A stretch of DNA of 64,000 nt from a virus, in the IMG/VR virus record IMGVR_UViG_3300037462_000828, positions 32,001-96,000 of that record. One strand, given 5' to 3'. The notes below the pieces were generated by a model. That model was not told the DNA's origin. It saw nothing but the letters and a program-made list of their open reading frames with translations, and did not search any database. The first letter of the stretch is position 1; every line of letters begins with the position of its first letter. The position numbers and the translations under genes are program-made. Below, in pieces: positions 8,865-17,600 of this stretch.

Positions 8865-9613
8865 GCAGCCTTCTTTCTCGAGGCCTTGGGCTTCGGGGCG
8901 CGCTTGGCTTTCGGCTCGGCCGGGCGCGCGACCCGATCGGCGAGCACCTCGTGCGGGGCGACGACGATGACCTTGACGCGCGCGCCGAAGTGCGCCGCGT
9001 CGACGCGGCGGATCGGGTTGAACCCGGCGATGCGTCGGTCGTCGGGAAACGCCCACCCGTTGAGCCCGTCCCCGATCGCCTTGAACACGTTGTCGAGATC
9101 GGCGTTGTCGGCGGCAAGCGTTACGTCGGCCTCGACGAAGTAGCGCGCGCGGGGGTCACGCCAGCCGCCGGGGGGCCAGCCCGAGAAGGCCATCGCGGCG
9201 GCGGCCGACGCGCGCACGGCGGCCTCGTAGTCGAGCGTGCGCTTCGGCGTGTAGGTGAGCGACCCGCCGCGCACGACCCGCGGGCGCTCTTTGGCGACGG
9301 GGCGCGCCTCGACGACGAAGTCGAGCGTGGCCAATCCCAGGCCGAGAGCACGGGCTTGCTTGTGGAGGCCGGCGCGCTCGTAGGTCGGGGCCCAGTCGCC
9401 GAGCGGCCAGGCGAACCGAGGATCGGTCGACGCGCGCAGGGCGGGCACGCCGGGCGGCGGGGCGGGCTTGGCTGGCCGGCGTCGTCGCTTGCCATTCGCG
9501 CCGCCCTTGCGGGCCCGCGGCGGCCCCTTGGCAGGCGCCGCCTTGGCCGGACGGGCCGGAGGGCGGCCGCCGGTCAAGAGGGCCGCGGCGGCGTCGCCGT
9601 GGCTCTTGCGCAC
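8861..9613 (-). CDS. rusA: RusA-family Holliday junction resolvase with N-terminal extension
   Basis: PVAKERPR, YTPKRT.DYE, DLDNVFKAIGDGLNG.AFPDDR.I. Confidence 0.85.
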   Translation of the reverse strand: MRKSHGDAAAALLTGGRPPARPAKAAPAKGPPRARKGGANGKRRRRPAKPAPPPGVPALRASTDPRFAWPLGDWAPTYERAGLHKQARALGLGLATLDFVVEARPVAKERPRVVRGGSLTYTPKRTLDYEAAVRASAAAAMAFSGWPPGGWRDPRARYFVEADVTLAADNADLDNVFKAIGDGLNGWAFPDDRRIAGFNPIRRVDAAHFGARVKVIVVAPHEVLADRVARPAEPKAKRAPKPKASRKKAA

Positions 9614-9645
9614 GGCCTCGACGAGATGAAGGGAAGGTGGGCGCC

Positions 9646-10152
9646 TCACGGCCGGCGCCCCCGAGCCGCCGACACAAAAACGGGGCTGGCCGCGCGTCGC
9701 TTTTCGTCGTCGATGCGCCGGCCCTGGCGCGCTCGGTAGTTGAGGCGCTCGATCAGCCGGTCGAGTTCGGCCACGCCTTCGAGCACGTCGGCGAGTCGGA
9801 CCTTGCCGCCGTGCTTGTCGTCGGCGTCGACGTCTCTTAGCCGGTGCCCCATCATCTCGAGCCACGCCCCCGTAGGCAGGCCGTCGGCGAGGGCGAAGAT
9901 CTCCTCGAGTACGGCGGCGTCGACCGGGACCGTCGGACGGCCGAGGAACGGGTCGGCGATGATTTCGCGCAGGCCAGGAGGGTAGAGCTCGGCCTCGGCC
10001 TCGCGCGCGAGGTGCCGTACCTGGGCCATCGTCTCGGGCTTCGGCTGCGGGCCGGGCGGCGAGACCCGGCCCACGCCGTGGCAGACGTCGCAAGGCACCT
10101 CGGCCTTGTGACCTTTGCCGCCGCAAAACTGGCAAGCGACGAGGGCGGTCAC
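9646..10152 (-). CDS. protein with DnaJ-type CxxCxGxG zinc finger
   Basis: CQFCGGKG and CDVCHGVG. Confidence 0.55.
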   Translation of the reverse strand: MTALVACQFCGGKGHKAEVPCDVCHGVGRVSPPGPQPKPETMAQVRHLAREAEAELYPPGLREIIADPFLGRPTVPVDAAVLEEIFALADGLPTGAWLEMMGHRLRDVDADDKHGGKVRLADVLEGVAELDRLIERLNYRARQGRRIDDEKRRAASPVFVSAARGRRP

Positions 10153-10403
10153 GACAGCCTCCGGTTTGCCCGGTAGACGATCCACCGGCGGTGCCGAGAC
10201 GAGCCGCCCTCCCAAAACGGGTAGCTCATCGCGTCGATCCAGTGCACCGACGCCCACTCGGCCCGGCCCCGTAGCCGGCGCTTCGCCGCGGCCAAGGCCG
10301 ACCGGAAGCGACGGTACACGCGCGGCAGCGTCGCGCCGTCGACGGCGACGCGCCAGCGGCCAAGGCCGCGGCGCGAGCACGAGAGTTTCGCGCGGCCGCT
10401 CAT
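10149..10403 (-). CDS. hypothetical protein
   Basis: overlapping start/stop tiling. Confidence 0.45.
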   Translation of the reverse strand: MSGRAKLSCSRRGLGRWRVAVDGATLPRVYRRFRSALAAAKRRLRGRAEWASVHWIDAMSYPFWEGGSSRHRRWIVYRANRRLS

Positions 10404-10615
10404 GCGGGCACCGCCGAGACTTCGCAGAGGCGCGCCCGGCGATCGCGGGCTCGGCGCACGATCTGGCAGATGCGGGCCGCCGTTACCCCGAGTTCGGCCG
10501 CCACCTCGACCTGTTTCTTGCCGCCCTCGACGGCGGCGAGAACGCGCGCGTCGCGCTCGATCGCCTCGGCGACGGTCGACGGGCGCGGGCAGGCCATGCT
10601 GAGGGGCGCGCTCAT
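10400..10615 (-). CDS. small helix-turn-helix protein
   Basis: GKKQVEVAAELGVTAARICQIV HTH pattern. Confidence 0.7.
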   Translation of the reverse strand: MSAPLSMACPRPSTVAEAIERDARVLAAVEGGKKQVEVAAELGVTAARICQIVRRARDRRARLCEVSAVPA

Positions 10616-10887
10616 CGGACGACCTCGTAGACAACGGCGCCGCCGGCGGTGCGCTCGCCGCGGCAGGTCGACCCGCACGGGACGACGCGGCCCGGGCCGC
10701 GCGGGGGGCGCAGCCGCGACTCGACGGCGCTTAGCCAAACGCCGCCGCCCGCGTCCTCGTAGAGGTTGCGCGGCGCGCTCGGGCTCGACGCCCGAAGGCG
10801 CCCCCCGGACGGGGGGAGTCGTAGCCCCCGGGCCCTCGGGCAACGTAGAACCGCGGCGCCTCGGCGCCCCTTCTCGCTCTCGACCAT
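10612..10887 (-). CDS. hypothetical protein
   Basis: follows class C promoter and AAGGAG RBS. Confidence 0.45.
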   Translation of the reverse strand: MVESEKGRRGAAVLRCPRARGLRLPPSGGRLRASSPSAPRNLYEDAGGGVWLSAVESRLRPPRGPGRVVPCGSTCRGERTAGGAVVYEVVR

Positions 10888-10936
10888 ATCGACCGCTCCT
10901 TTGCCGGCGCGCCCGCGCGCGCCCTCCGGTAAGGGT

Positions 10937-10963
10937 GACGGCCGACCGGGGGCGGCGCGTAAG
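10937..10963 (-). promoter_or_regulatory. class C promoter motif
   Basis: CTTAC-N16-GCCGTC. Confidence 0.55.
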
Positions 10964-11120
10964 GGCGCAAGCGCCCGGGCACCGACGAAACTCTACGGCC
11001 CGGCGGGTCGCTCGCCTCGCCGCCGGCCGAAGGGGGCCGGGCTCGGCGGCGGACGACAAAACGCCGACGCCCCGAGTCAGCGCTCGGGGCGTCGCGCAGG
11101 CGGCGGTGTCTCCCGGGCCG

Positions 11121-11523
11121 CTAGCCCGGGCTTGAGACGAGGGGCGTGACGTCGATCGTCGGCGCGTCGTGGTCGTCGTCGGGCTCGTCGGTCGTGCGGA
11201 ACGGCGGCGGCGCGATCGCGTTTGCCGCGGCGTGAAGCGGCGAGAGCCCGCAAAACGTGCGCTCGTTGCGCGGCACGTCGTCGTCATGGCGCCCGACCGT
11301 AATCGACGGTGACTTGGCGCGCGCCTCGGCGATGAGGGCGTCGCTCTGCCGCGAGAGCCGGGCGGCGCGCGCCGCTTCGGCCTCTGCCAGTTTGCGCCAC
11401 CAGCGCGCCTCGCCCCGGGCGAAGAGCAGCGCGCGCTCGGCGGCGACGCGCCGGCGGCGGTCGTCGAGCACGACGGCGAAAAGACCCCAGAGCACGAAAA
11501 ACGCAAGGCCGACGTAGATCATG
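11121..11523 (-). CDS. membrane-anchored hypothetical protein
   Basis: N-terminal hydrophobic helix IYVGLAFFVLWGLFAVVL. Confidence 0.6.
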
Positions 11524-11575
11524 GTTCCCAACCTTCCCTCTTGCGGGGGCGCCGAGCGCGCCCGCGTCTTTTGCC

Positions 11576-11601
11576 AACGGCCGCGCGGCGCGGCCCCTAA
11601 G
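11576..11601 (-). promoter_or_regulatory. class C promoter motif
   Basis: CTTAG-N15-GCCGTT. Confidence 0.7.
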
Positions 11602-11607
11602 TGCGTC

Positions 11608-11886
11608 TCAGCGATCGGCCTCGACGGCCGCGAGGGCCGCCTCGCGCGTCGGGTAGTACCCGTTTTTCGACCCGGGCAGATTGTCGTAGGCGTGGTGCGG
11701 GCACGGGCTGCCGCCGCCCCCGAAGAACTCGGCGCGCCAGGCGCCGACGAACAGCCCGTCGGCGGACGAGACGACCCAGTACGTTCGGCCGTCGGCGCGG
11801 GCGTAGACCTCGCCGGTTGACCAGTCGCGGAAGACCTTCGTGCCGGACGCGGGCGCCGACGCGTGGTCGCATTTCGTTGCCTTCAT
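11608..11886 (-). CDS. hypothetical protein (MKATKCDH...)
   Basis: ATG fused to the end of a class A repeat (GCGTT-ATG). Confidence 0.6.
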   Translation of the reverse strand: MKATKCDHASAPASGTKVFRDWSTGEVYARADGRTYWVVSSADGLFVGAWRAEFFGGGGSPCPHHAYDNLPGSKNGYYPTREAALAAVEADR

Positions 11887-11935
11887 AACGCCCGAAGCCC
11901 CCGGGCGCCGGTCAAGGCACGCGGGGGCCGGGCGT
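11886..11935 (-). repeat. class A structured intergenic repeat copy 5
   Basis: ACGCCCG-GCCCCCG...CGGGGGC-TT-CGGGCGT long bulged hairpin. Confidence 0.8.
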
Positions 11936-11948
11936 CGGGCGGGATCGG

Positions 11949-12248
11949 TCAGAAGGCCTTGCCCTCGACGATAAGGATCGTTTCGTCGGCGACCCGGTCA
12001 ACTTCCTCGGCGAGGTCGCTCCCGTCGGCCTCGACGGAGCCGCACGGGTGCACGACCAACTCGCCCACCGTCGGGCCGTCCGCTCCCTCTTTGCGAAGCA
12101 AAACCGCGAAGCGAGGCGACCGGGCGGCGCGCGCGTCGGCCTCGGGGTCCCAGCCGACGCGCGCGGTGGCGCCGATCTTGGCGGCGGCGAGCACAACGGC
12201 GATGAGGCTATCTTTGGCGACGCGGGTAGGCTTGGAAACGGTCGACAT
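11949..12248 (-). CDS. hypothetical protein
   Basis: AGGAG RBS, ACCCCCATG start. Confidence 0.65.
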   Translation of the reverse strand: MSTVSKPTRVAKDSLIAVVLAAAKIGATARVGWDPEADARAARSPRFAVLLRKEGADGPTVGELVVHPCGSVEADGSDLAEEVDRVADETILIVEGKAF

Positions 12249-12482
12249 GGGGGTCTATCTCCTGCGCGGTTCGGGGGGGGTGTCGGTTCAGGTCAGGCCG
12301 GGGTCGTAGGCGGAGACCCACGCGTCGGCGCCGGCTTCGTCCCACGGTCGGCCGAGAAAGGCCGCGTCGCGCTCCGTCCGGTAGGCGCCGAGGGCCTCGG
12401 CCTCTTCGGGCGACTCGCGGTGGCTCACGTCGTCAATCGGGTCGTAGGTCGTCACGGTCGGCTGCTCGTTCGGTTCGTCGGG

Positions 12483-12533
12483 GGTCTTGCCCGCCGACAA
12501 CCAAAACCTACGACCGAGTGCCGTACTTGTAAA
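12483..12533 (-). promoter_or_regulatory. class B promoter/operator + conserved leader
   Basis: TTTACA-N17-TAGGTT; TACGGC-ACTCG-GTCGTA. Confidence 0.85.
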
Positions 12534-12622
12534 GGGGGCGCCCGTGCGATTGTTGCGGCGAGGCTTCTTTCGGCCCTGGCGTCGCTACCGCGTCGAGGCG
12601 ATTCCCGGGCCGGCGAGCGAGG

Positions 12623-13066
12623 TCAAGGGCTGGGCGTCTCGCCCCCGCCCCCGGTATCCCAACCAAGCAAGAACCGCCCGACAGGAGGGCGGGGCGGGAC
12701 GACTACCTGCCGCAGTTCCCACTCGGGCGCGGCCGTAACGTCGATCTGGTCGACGACCTGACGGGCGATCTCGCCCGCCTCCCTCAGGTAGATCGTGGCA
12801 TCGAAGCGCAGCCATATGGCCCTCTCGGGCCCCAGCCTGGGGAGAGAGAGACGGGCGATCGATCGGTCGGCCCAGCCGACACGCCGAGTAGCGTCGGCCA
12901 ACTTCTCGATCGCCCAGGCCCTCGCCGGCCCGGTCTCCCGGCCGCGCACCTCGCGTTCCAGAGATGCCGCAGAGCACCTCGCGAGGTGCTCTTGGGCACA
13001 CTCGATCATTCCCGCGGCGTGGAGCCGCAACTCCCAAATCTCCGGCCAGTTCTTGTCGTGTTGCAT
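12623..13066 (-). CDS. hypothetical protein
   Basis: GAGGAG RBS; normal composition. Confidence 0.6.
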   Translation of the reverse strand: MQHDKNWPEIWELRLHAAGMIECAQEHLARCSAASLEREVRGRETGPARAWAIEKLADATRRVGWADRSIARLSLPRLGPERAIWLRFDATIYLREAGEIARQVVDQIDVTAAPEWELRQVVVPPRPPVGRFLLGWDTGGGGETPSP

Positions 13067-13177
13067 CTTCTCTCCTCGCCGGCATCGCCGGCATCGCCGG
13101 ATGTCGTGGTTGCGGCCGAGCCGCGCCGTCGAGGCCCCACGCGGGGGCGCCGGCGGCGGGGAGCGCCCGCGCTCGGG

Positions 13178-13723
13178 TCAGCCGAGGCGGGGGATCAGCG
13201 CGTTGACCGACTCCCACACCAGCGCGGCCGGGGCGTAAAAACGCACGGGCTCGCCGACCGAGCCCCGACGGCGGTCGACCCGCACGCCGGCGTCGCGCAG
13301 GGCGACGAGCAGGGCGCGCGAGTGGCTCGCCGCGTCGCGGGCGGCGTAGTCGATCGCGTCCGATAGGCTCGGCGTCGACGCGCCCCACGGCGCTTGCTCC
13401 TTCAGCCCGCACCACGCGGCGATCTCGGGCCACTCGGCCCAGCCGCGGCCGGCGCGCCAACGGCCGGCGAGGACAACGAGCGTGTACGCGAGGCCGAGCC
13501 CCTCGTAGTCGACGCCGCCTCGGCCGGGCCCGAGGTCGGCGAGGGCGTCGCCGTCGTCGGTCGCGTGGTAGTCGTCGACCGTGCAGATAAAAAAGTCGTT
13601 GACGCACCCGGTGTCGCGCAAGGCGATCATCGCCTCGGCGCGCTCGGCGGCCGAGGCCGGGCGGCCCTCTCGGATGTGGGTCAGGGGAACGTCGCGCCAG
13701 CTGGGGTTCTTGGTCTTCGGCAT
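13178..13723 (-). CDS. hypothetical protein (MPKTKNPSW...)
   Basis: starts 10 nt after a class A repeat. Confidence 0.65.
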   Translation of the reverse strand: MPKTKNPSWRDVPLTHIREGRPASAAERAEAMIALRDTGCVNDFFICTVDDYHATDDGDALADLGPGRGGVDYEGLGLAYTLVVLAGRWRAGRGWAEWPEIAAWCGLKEQAPWGASTPSLSDAIDYAARDAASHSRALLVALRDAGVRVDRRRGSVGEPVRFYAPAALVWESVNALIPRLG

Positions 13724-13733
13724 GGGGTGGTCT

Positions 13734-13776
13734 CTCACGCGGCAAAGCCCCCGGGCGCTTGCGCACGCGGGGGCGG
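13734..13776 (-). repeat. class A structured intergenic repeat copy 6
   Basis: identical to 330-372. Confidence 0.85.
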
Positions 13777-13793
13777 TTCAAAGGGTCGGGCGG

Positions 13794-13961
13794 CTATTGC
13801 GCGCGTGTAAAAAGAACGATGTTGTCGAGCCGCGTGACGGCTCGCCAGGGCTTCGGGGTCTGCCCAGGATAGCCACGGAACCGGCGAAGCGTTGGGCGTG
13901 CCTGCAAAATTATGCCGGCGTCCGCGTCGTGCCAAACCAAAAGCCGAGTCGTTCGCTTCAT
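13794..13961 (-). CDS. small hypothetical protein (MKRTTRLLVWHD...)
   Basis: GGAGGGTAAGACG-ATG; flanked by two class A repeats; lower GC. Confidence 0.55.
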   Translation of the reverse strand: MKRTTRLLVWHDADAGIILQARPTLRRFRGYPGQTPKPWRAVTRLDNIVLFTRAQ

Positions 13962-13993
13962 CGTCTTACCCTCCGAAGCGCCATCGGGCGCCC

Positions 13994-14036
13994 CTAACGC
14001 CCGAAGCCCCAGGCTTTCGCTCTGTGGCGGGGCGTC
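13994..14036 (-). repeat. class A structured intergenic repeat copy 7
   Basis: as 672-714 but loop GAAA instead of GCAA. Confidence 0.85.
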
Positions 14037-14059
14037 GGTCGGGCCCCCCGGCCCGCCTT

Positions 14060-14182
14060 TCAGAAGTCGTCGTCTTCGTCGGCGTCGTAGGTCCCGAGGC
14101 CCTGAAGGCTCTCGTCGAGGGCCTTCCAAGCCTCGATCTCTTTGAGGCTCTTTTCGGCGCGTTCTTTTTCGGAGGCGTTCAT
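14060..14182 (-). CDS. 40-aa acidic peptide (MNASEKERAEK...YDADEDDDF)
   Basis: below ORF-track cutoff; between class B promoter and class A repeat; ACCCCATG start. Confidence 0.6.
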   Translation of the reverse strand: MNASEKERAEKSLKEIEAWKALDESLQGLGTYDADEDDDF

Positions 14183-14211
14183 GGGGTCGGTCTCTTTCGT
14201 TCGGCGGCGGC

Positions 14212-14262
14212 GGTCTCGCCCGCCGACAACGAGAACCTACGACCGAGTGGCGTACTTGTAAA
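14212..14262 (-). promoter_or_regulatory. class B promoter/operator + conserved leader
   Basis: TTTACA-N17-TAGGTT; TACGCC-ACTCG-GTCGTA. Confidence 0.85.
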
Positions 14263-14272
14263 GGCCTGCCGA

Positions 14273-14728
14273 TCAAAAAGGCAAATCGAGGCCGAAAAAC
14301 CACGTCAGCGGCAGGGCCGACCCCTTGCCGTGGTTGCAGTCGCCGCAGGCGGGGGCGACGTTGCTCGGGTCGTTCGGCCCGCCTGCGGCGAGGGGGTAGA
14401 CGTGCTCGAGTTCGAGGGGCACGCCAGAGGCGCCGCACCACCCGCAGCGGTGACCGAAGAGGTCGAGCAGGCCCCGCCAGTCGGCCGCCGCGAGCGTGCC
14501 GCCGACGCCCGCGCGCCGGGCCCGCGCGCCGGCCCGCGTGACCTGCTTTCGCTCGAGGTACTTCGCCTTGTGCTTGCGCTCGGAGGCGACCACTTGGCCG
14601 GTCTTGCAGGCCTTGCAGCGCGAATCGAGGCCGTCGTAGGTTCCCGCCTTGCGGTGAAAGGGCCCGGCCCCGCCGCATTGCCTACACGCCTTCGTCGGGA
14701 CCGCCGCCACCGCGCACGCTGCCGTCAT
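14273..14728 (-). CDS. HNH endonuclease
   Basis: CGWCG...ELEHVYPLAAGGPNDPSNVAPACGDCNHGKG; N-terminal CxxC...CKAC. Confidence 0.9.
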   Translation of the reverse strand: MTAACAVAAVPTKACRQCGGAGPFHRKAGTYDGLDSRCKACKTGQVVASERKHKAKYLERKQVTRAGARARRAGVGGTLAAADWRGLLDLFGHRCGWCGASGVPLELEHVYPLAAGGPNDPSNVAPACGDCNHGKGSALPLTWFFGLDLPF

Positions 14729-15273
14729 GCCCGAAGGCAACGGCCGAACCCGACGGCGGCTAAGGGCGGCCGACGAAGAACGGCGCCGAGCGCCTCGGCG
14801 GCGGCGCGTACGAGCGGGTGCGCCGCGAGCGCCTCGAGCGCCTCGGGGTCGGCCGCCGCGGTCTCGACGCGCTCGCCGGGGGCGGGGCGCTCGCCCTCGT
14901 AGACCGCGCCGAGCTTGACGAGCACGCGGGCGAGCGAGCCGCGGTGGCACCGCTCGGGCCCCGGGCAGTGGCAGAGCAGCGTCACCTCGGGCCGGGCGAG
15001 CAGCGCGGCGAAGGGGCCCCGGTCGGCCCGGTAGCGGGCGCGGAGCTCGGCGAGGTAGGCGGCCTCGTAGCGGGCCCAATCGGCGTCGGCCTCGGCCGAC
15101 GAGCGGCGCTGGCGGCGCCGGGCGAGGTACGGCCGGAGGAGCCCCCACGACGGGGCGAAGACGACGCCAAGCGGGTGAGCCCCGGCCCTCGAGACGTCGA
15201 GCCCGTCCTCGGCCCGGTAGGCGCCGACGCGGCCCGTAAAGACGCGGCAGGGGGCCGGGGCGGCTTCGGCCAT
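14725..15273 (-). CDS. DUF488-family protein
   Basis: FAPSW.LL...W..Y...Y..EL...VTLLCHC...CHR pattern. Confidence 0.7.
   Translation of the reverse strand: MAEAAPAPCRVFTGRVGAYRAEDGLDVSRAGAHPLGVVFAPSWGLLRPYLARRRQRRSSAEADADWARYEAAYLAELRARYRADRGPFAALLARPEVTLLCHCPGPERCHRGSLARVLVKLGAVYEGERPAPGERVETAAADPEALEALAAHPLVRAAAEALGAVLRRPPLAAVGFGRCLRA
14739..14764 (-). promoter_or_regulatory. class C promoter motif
   Basis: CTTAG-N15-GCCGTT, 10 nt before the HNH ATG. Confidence 0.7.
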
Positions 15274-15281
15274 CGGTCGGC

Positions 15282-15605
15282 CTACCGGTAGCGGGCGGCG
15301 CGGAGGGCGTCGACCGTAAACCAAGACCCCTTGCGCTCCGGCCCGATCACATAGGCGAGCCCGGCGACGTCGCGGCCCGGGTCGGGCACGTGGTGGTCGA
15401 GCGCGTAGCCGGCCGCGACGAGGTCGCCGAGCCGGCGCGCGGGGTAGATGCTCATGCGCGCCGGCTCGCCGCCGATATGCACGACGGCGCACGTCGCTCC
15501 GTGGTCGGCGAGCACCCACGAGAGAAGTTCGCCGAGCGACGTCGACCCCTCGCGCCACGACCGGACGGGCTCGGGCGCTCGACCGGCCCGCGCGGTCGGC
15601 GTCAC
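15282..15605 (-). CDS. hypothetical protein
   Basis: GTGA overlap with upstream gene. Confidence 0.5.
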   Translation of the reverse strand: MTPTARAGRAPEPVRSWREGSTSLGELLSWVLADHGATCAVVHIGGEPARMSIYPARRLGDLVAAGYALDHHVPDPGRDVAGLAYVIGPERKGSWFTVDALRAARYR

Positions 15606-16432
15606 GCCCCGCCCCCCGGGAACGCACGCACGCGCAGGTGCTCGGGCCACTCGTCGGGGTCGCCGCCCTTAGGGTGCTTGGCTCCGTTCGCCTTGGCCCA
15701 GGGCGAACCCAACTGCTTAACAAACACGTCGGCGCCGGCAAGGTAGCCCGCGTGGACCGCCGCGTCGAACCACGCCATTTCCGTCGGCCGCGCGCCGGGC
15801 CCGCTCTCGCCCCCGACGATGAGCCAGTCGACGCCGTCGATGCTCACGTTCGTCAGGTCGCCGAGCAGGGGCTCGGCCGAGACGAAGCGCACGGCGGCGG
15901 GCGCGTGGCGCAAGTGCGTGATGCGTCCGGCGACGGCGGCCGACTCGACCGATGTACCGAGCCAGACGTTCGGGAGCGGCCAGCCGGGCCACGCCTCGTT
16001 GCCGGGAACGCGGCGGCGCACCTCGCCGACGAACTCCGGCGACTCGAAGAGGTCCGACGCGCGCGCGGGCCGCTTGGTCAAGACTTGGTAGGTATGGCGC
16101 GGCGTCGCCGCCATCGTCGCGAACGCCTCGTGCAAGACCTCGGGCGGCACGTCTTCGTGAAAGGTGTCGCTCAGCGAGTTGACGAAGATGCGCCGCGGCT
16201 CGCGCCACGACATCGGCGTGCGGAAAAACTTCGGCACGGGGCGGACCTCGCCGGTCCAGACCGGGCCCTTTTTGCCGAGGCGCACGAGCCCGGCGTAGGG
16301 CAGGCCCTCGGCGTTGAACCGGTAGGCATGGCGCTCGGCGTAGCAGTGCTCGCAGCCGGCGCTCACGCGCGAGCAGCCGCGCAAAAAATTCCACGTCGCG
16401 TCGGTCCACTCGATCTTCGACTGGTCAGCCAT
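15602..16432 (-). CDS. phage Gp37/Gp68 family protein (DUF5131, three-Cys motif)
   Basis: SKIEWTDATWN..GC.RVSAGC.HCYA, IFVNSLSD.FH, LTKRP, SAEPLL, IVGGESG, FVKQLG. Confidence 0.92.
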   Translation of the reverse strand: MADQSKIEWTDATWNFLRGCSRVSAGCEHCYAERHAYRFNAEGLPYAGLVRLGKKGPVWTGEVRPVPKFFRTPMSWREPRRIFVNSLSDTFHEDVPPEVLHEAFATMAATPRHTYQVLTKRPARASDLFESPEFVGEVRRRVPGNEAWPGWPLPNVWLGTSVESAAVAGRITHLRHAPAAVRFVSAEPLLGDLTNVSIDGVDWLIVGGESGPGARPTEMAWFDAAVHAGYLAGADVFVKQLGSPWAKANGAKHPKGGDPDEWPEHLRVRAFPGGGA

Positions 16433-17138
16433 CGGCGCACACCTCGTAGTAGTAGGCCTTGATCGCCTCGGCGCACGCCGTCGGCCGGAGGTGGTCCTCG
16501 ACGCCCGAGCCCCGAAGGCCAGGCGCGAGGTTGAGGTCGGTCGCGAACATCGCGCCCCAATACGAGACCGCGAGGTCGATCGCGAGAAGCGGCGACTTGT
16601 AGATCCGCATGAGGTGCTCGCAGAGCGCGTCGACCGACGGCGGCAGGGTCGTCGCCTCGACCTTGATCTCGTCCGTGCCGACGTTCGAGCGCCAGTCGCC
16701 GGGGCTCCGGTAGCGGAGCACGAACCCGAGCGCGCCGACGCGGAGCCAGCGCACCGACTCGCCGCCCGTCGCCGGGTGCGGGACGAACTCGGCCCAGCAC
16801 TCGTGGCCGAGCACGCCGGCGAGCGACCCGAGGCGCTTGCCGAGCCCCTGATGCATCGTCTCGTCTTCGTAGACGACGACGCGCTCGCCGAGGCCGACGC
16901 GCGACCGGCCCGAGGCCGGGTGATGCTGCTCGCGGCCGATGCCCCAGCGCGGTACGCCGCCGCCGGTGAGCGGGAAGCGCTCGAAGGCGCAGGCAAGCGC
17001 GTTGAGTTGCTCGCGCCGCGTCGGGAAGTCGTCGCGGGTATTGCGCCGCCAGACCGGTACGCCGGGCCCCCGCCGGTCGAGCATACAATCGTAGTAGTCG
17101 GTGTAGGGGTACGGCGCGAGCGCCAGGGGGCCGGTCAT
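16425..17138 (-). CDS. putative divergent ATP-grasp-like protein
   Basis: DWRSNVG and LLAIDL...FATDLNLAPGL resemble the RimK-type ATP-grasp C-terminal motifs. Confidence 0.45.
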   Translation of the reverse strand: MTGPLALAPYPYTDYYDCMLDRRGPGVPVWRRNTRDDFPTRREQLNALACAFERFPLTGGGVPRWGIGREQHHPASGRSRVGLGERVVVYEDETMHQGLGKRLGSLAGVLGHECWAEFVPHPATGGESVRWLRVGALGFVLRYRSPGDWRSNVGTDEIKVEATTLPPSVDALCEHLMRIYKSPLLAIDLAVSYWGAMFATDLNLAPGLRGSGVEDHLRPTACAEAIKAYYYEVCADG

Positions 17139-17452
17139 CGGAGCCCCCCGGGGCGCCACGTCGCCGGGCGCTGCGCGCGACACGTCGAGCCGAACGACCA
17201 GCGCCCCGGGCACTCGACGGGCAGGATCGCTTTCCCCCCGCCGGGCGCGTCGTAGGCGAGCGTGCACGAGACGTAGCCGTCGCCGTCCGTGTCGTAGTCG
17301 GCGCAGACGGCGCGCGCGCCCTCGATCCCGGTCTGCTCGGCGAACGCGCGGGCCTCGCGCGCGGCGGCGTCGCCGGCGGGGCGCACCGCGACGACGAGCG
17401 CGACGAGAGCGGCCACGCAGAAAAACAAGATCGAGCCTTCTTTGACGTTCAC
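17135..17452 (-). CDS. membrane-anchored/secreted protein with DxDxDG motif
   Basis: N-terminal TM helix; CADYDTDGDGYVSC. Confidence 0.6.
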   Translation of the reverse strand: MNVKEGSILFFCVAALVALVVAVRPAGDAAAREARAFAEQTGIEGARAVCADYDTDGDGYVSCTLAYDAPGGGKAILPVECPGRWSFGSTCRAQRPATWRPGGLR

Positions 17453-17600
17453 GAGAACCTCCAGAACGAGGGGCGGCCATCGGGGCGGCCGAAGACAATC
17501 GACGTGGCGGTGCCCACGGCCAGCGCGGCGAGCGCGCCCGCGGCGAGGGCCGAGAGGAAGGCCGAGGCCGCACAGGCCCCGGCGAGAAGGGCGGCGCGCT

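Noticed and set aside
330-14036. Class A repeats as canonical integron attC sites
   Set aside because: A GTTRRRY-like end occurs in only three copies and RYYYAAC in one, L boxes are not evident, and no tyrosine integrase is in the window; kept only as an analogy
291-14262. Repeats as a CRISPR array
   Set aside because: Spacing is irregular (hundreds to thousands of bp), the intervals are ORFs, and no cas genes are present
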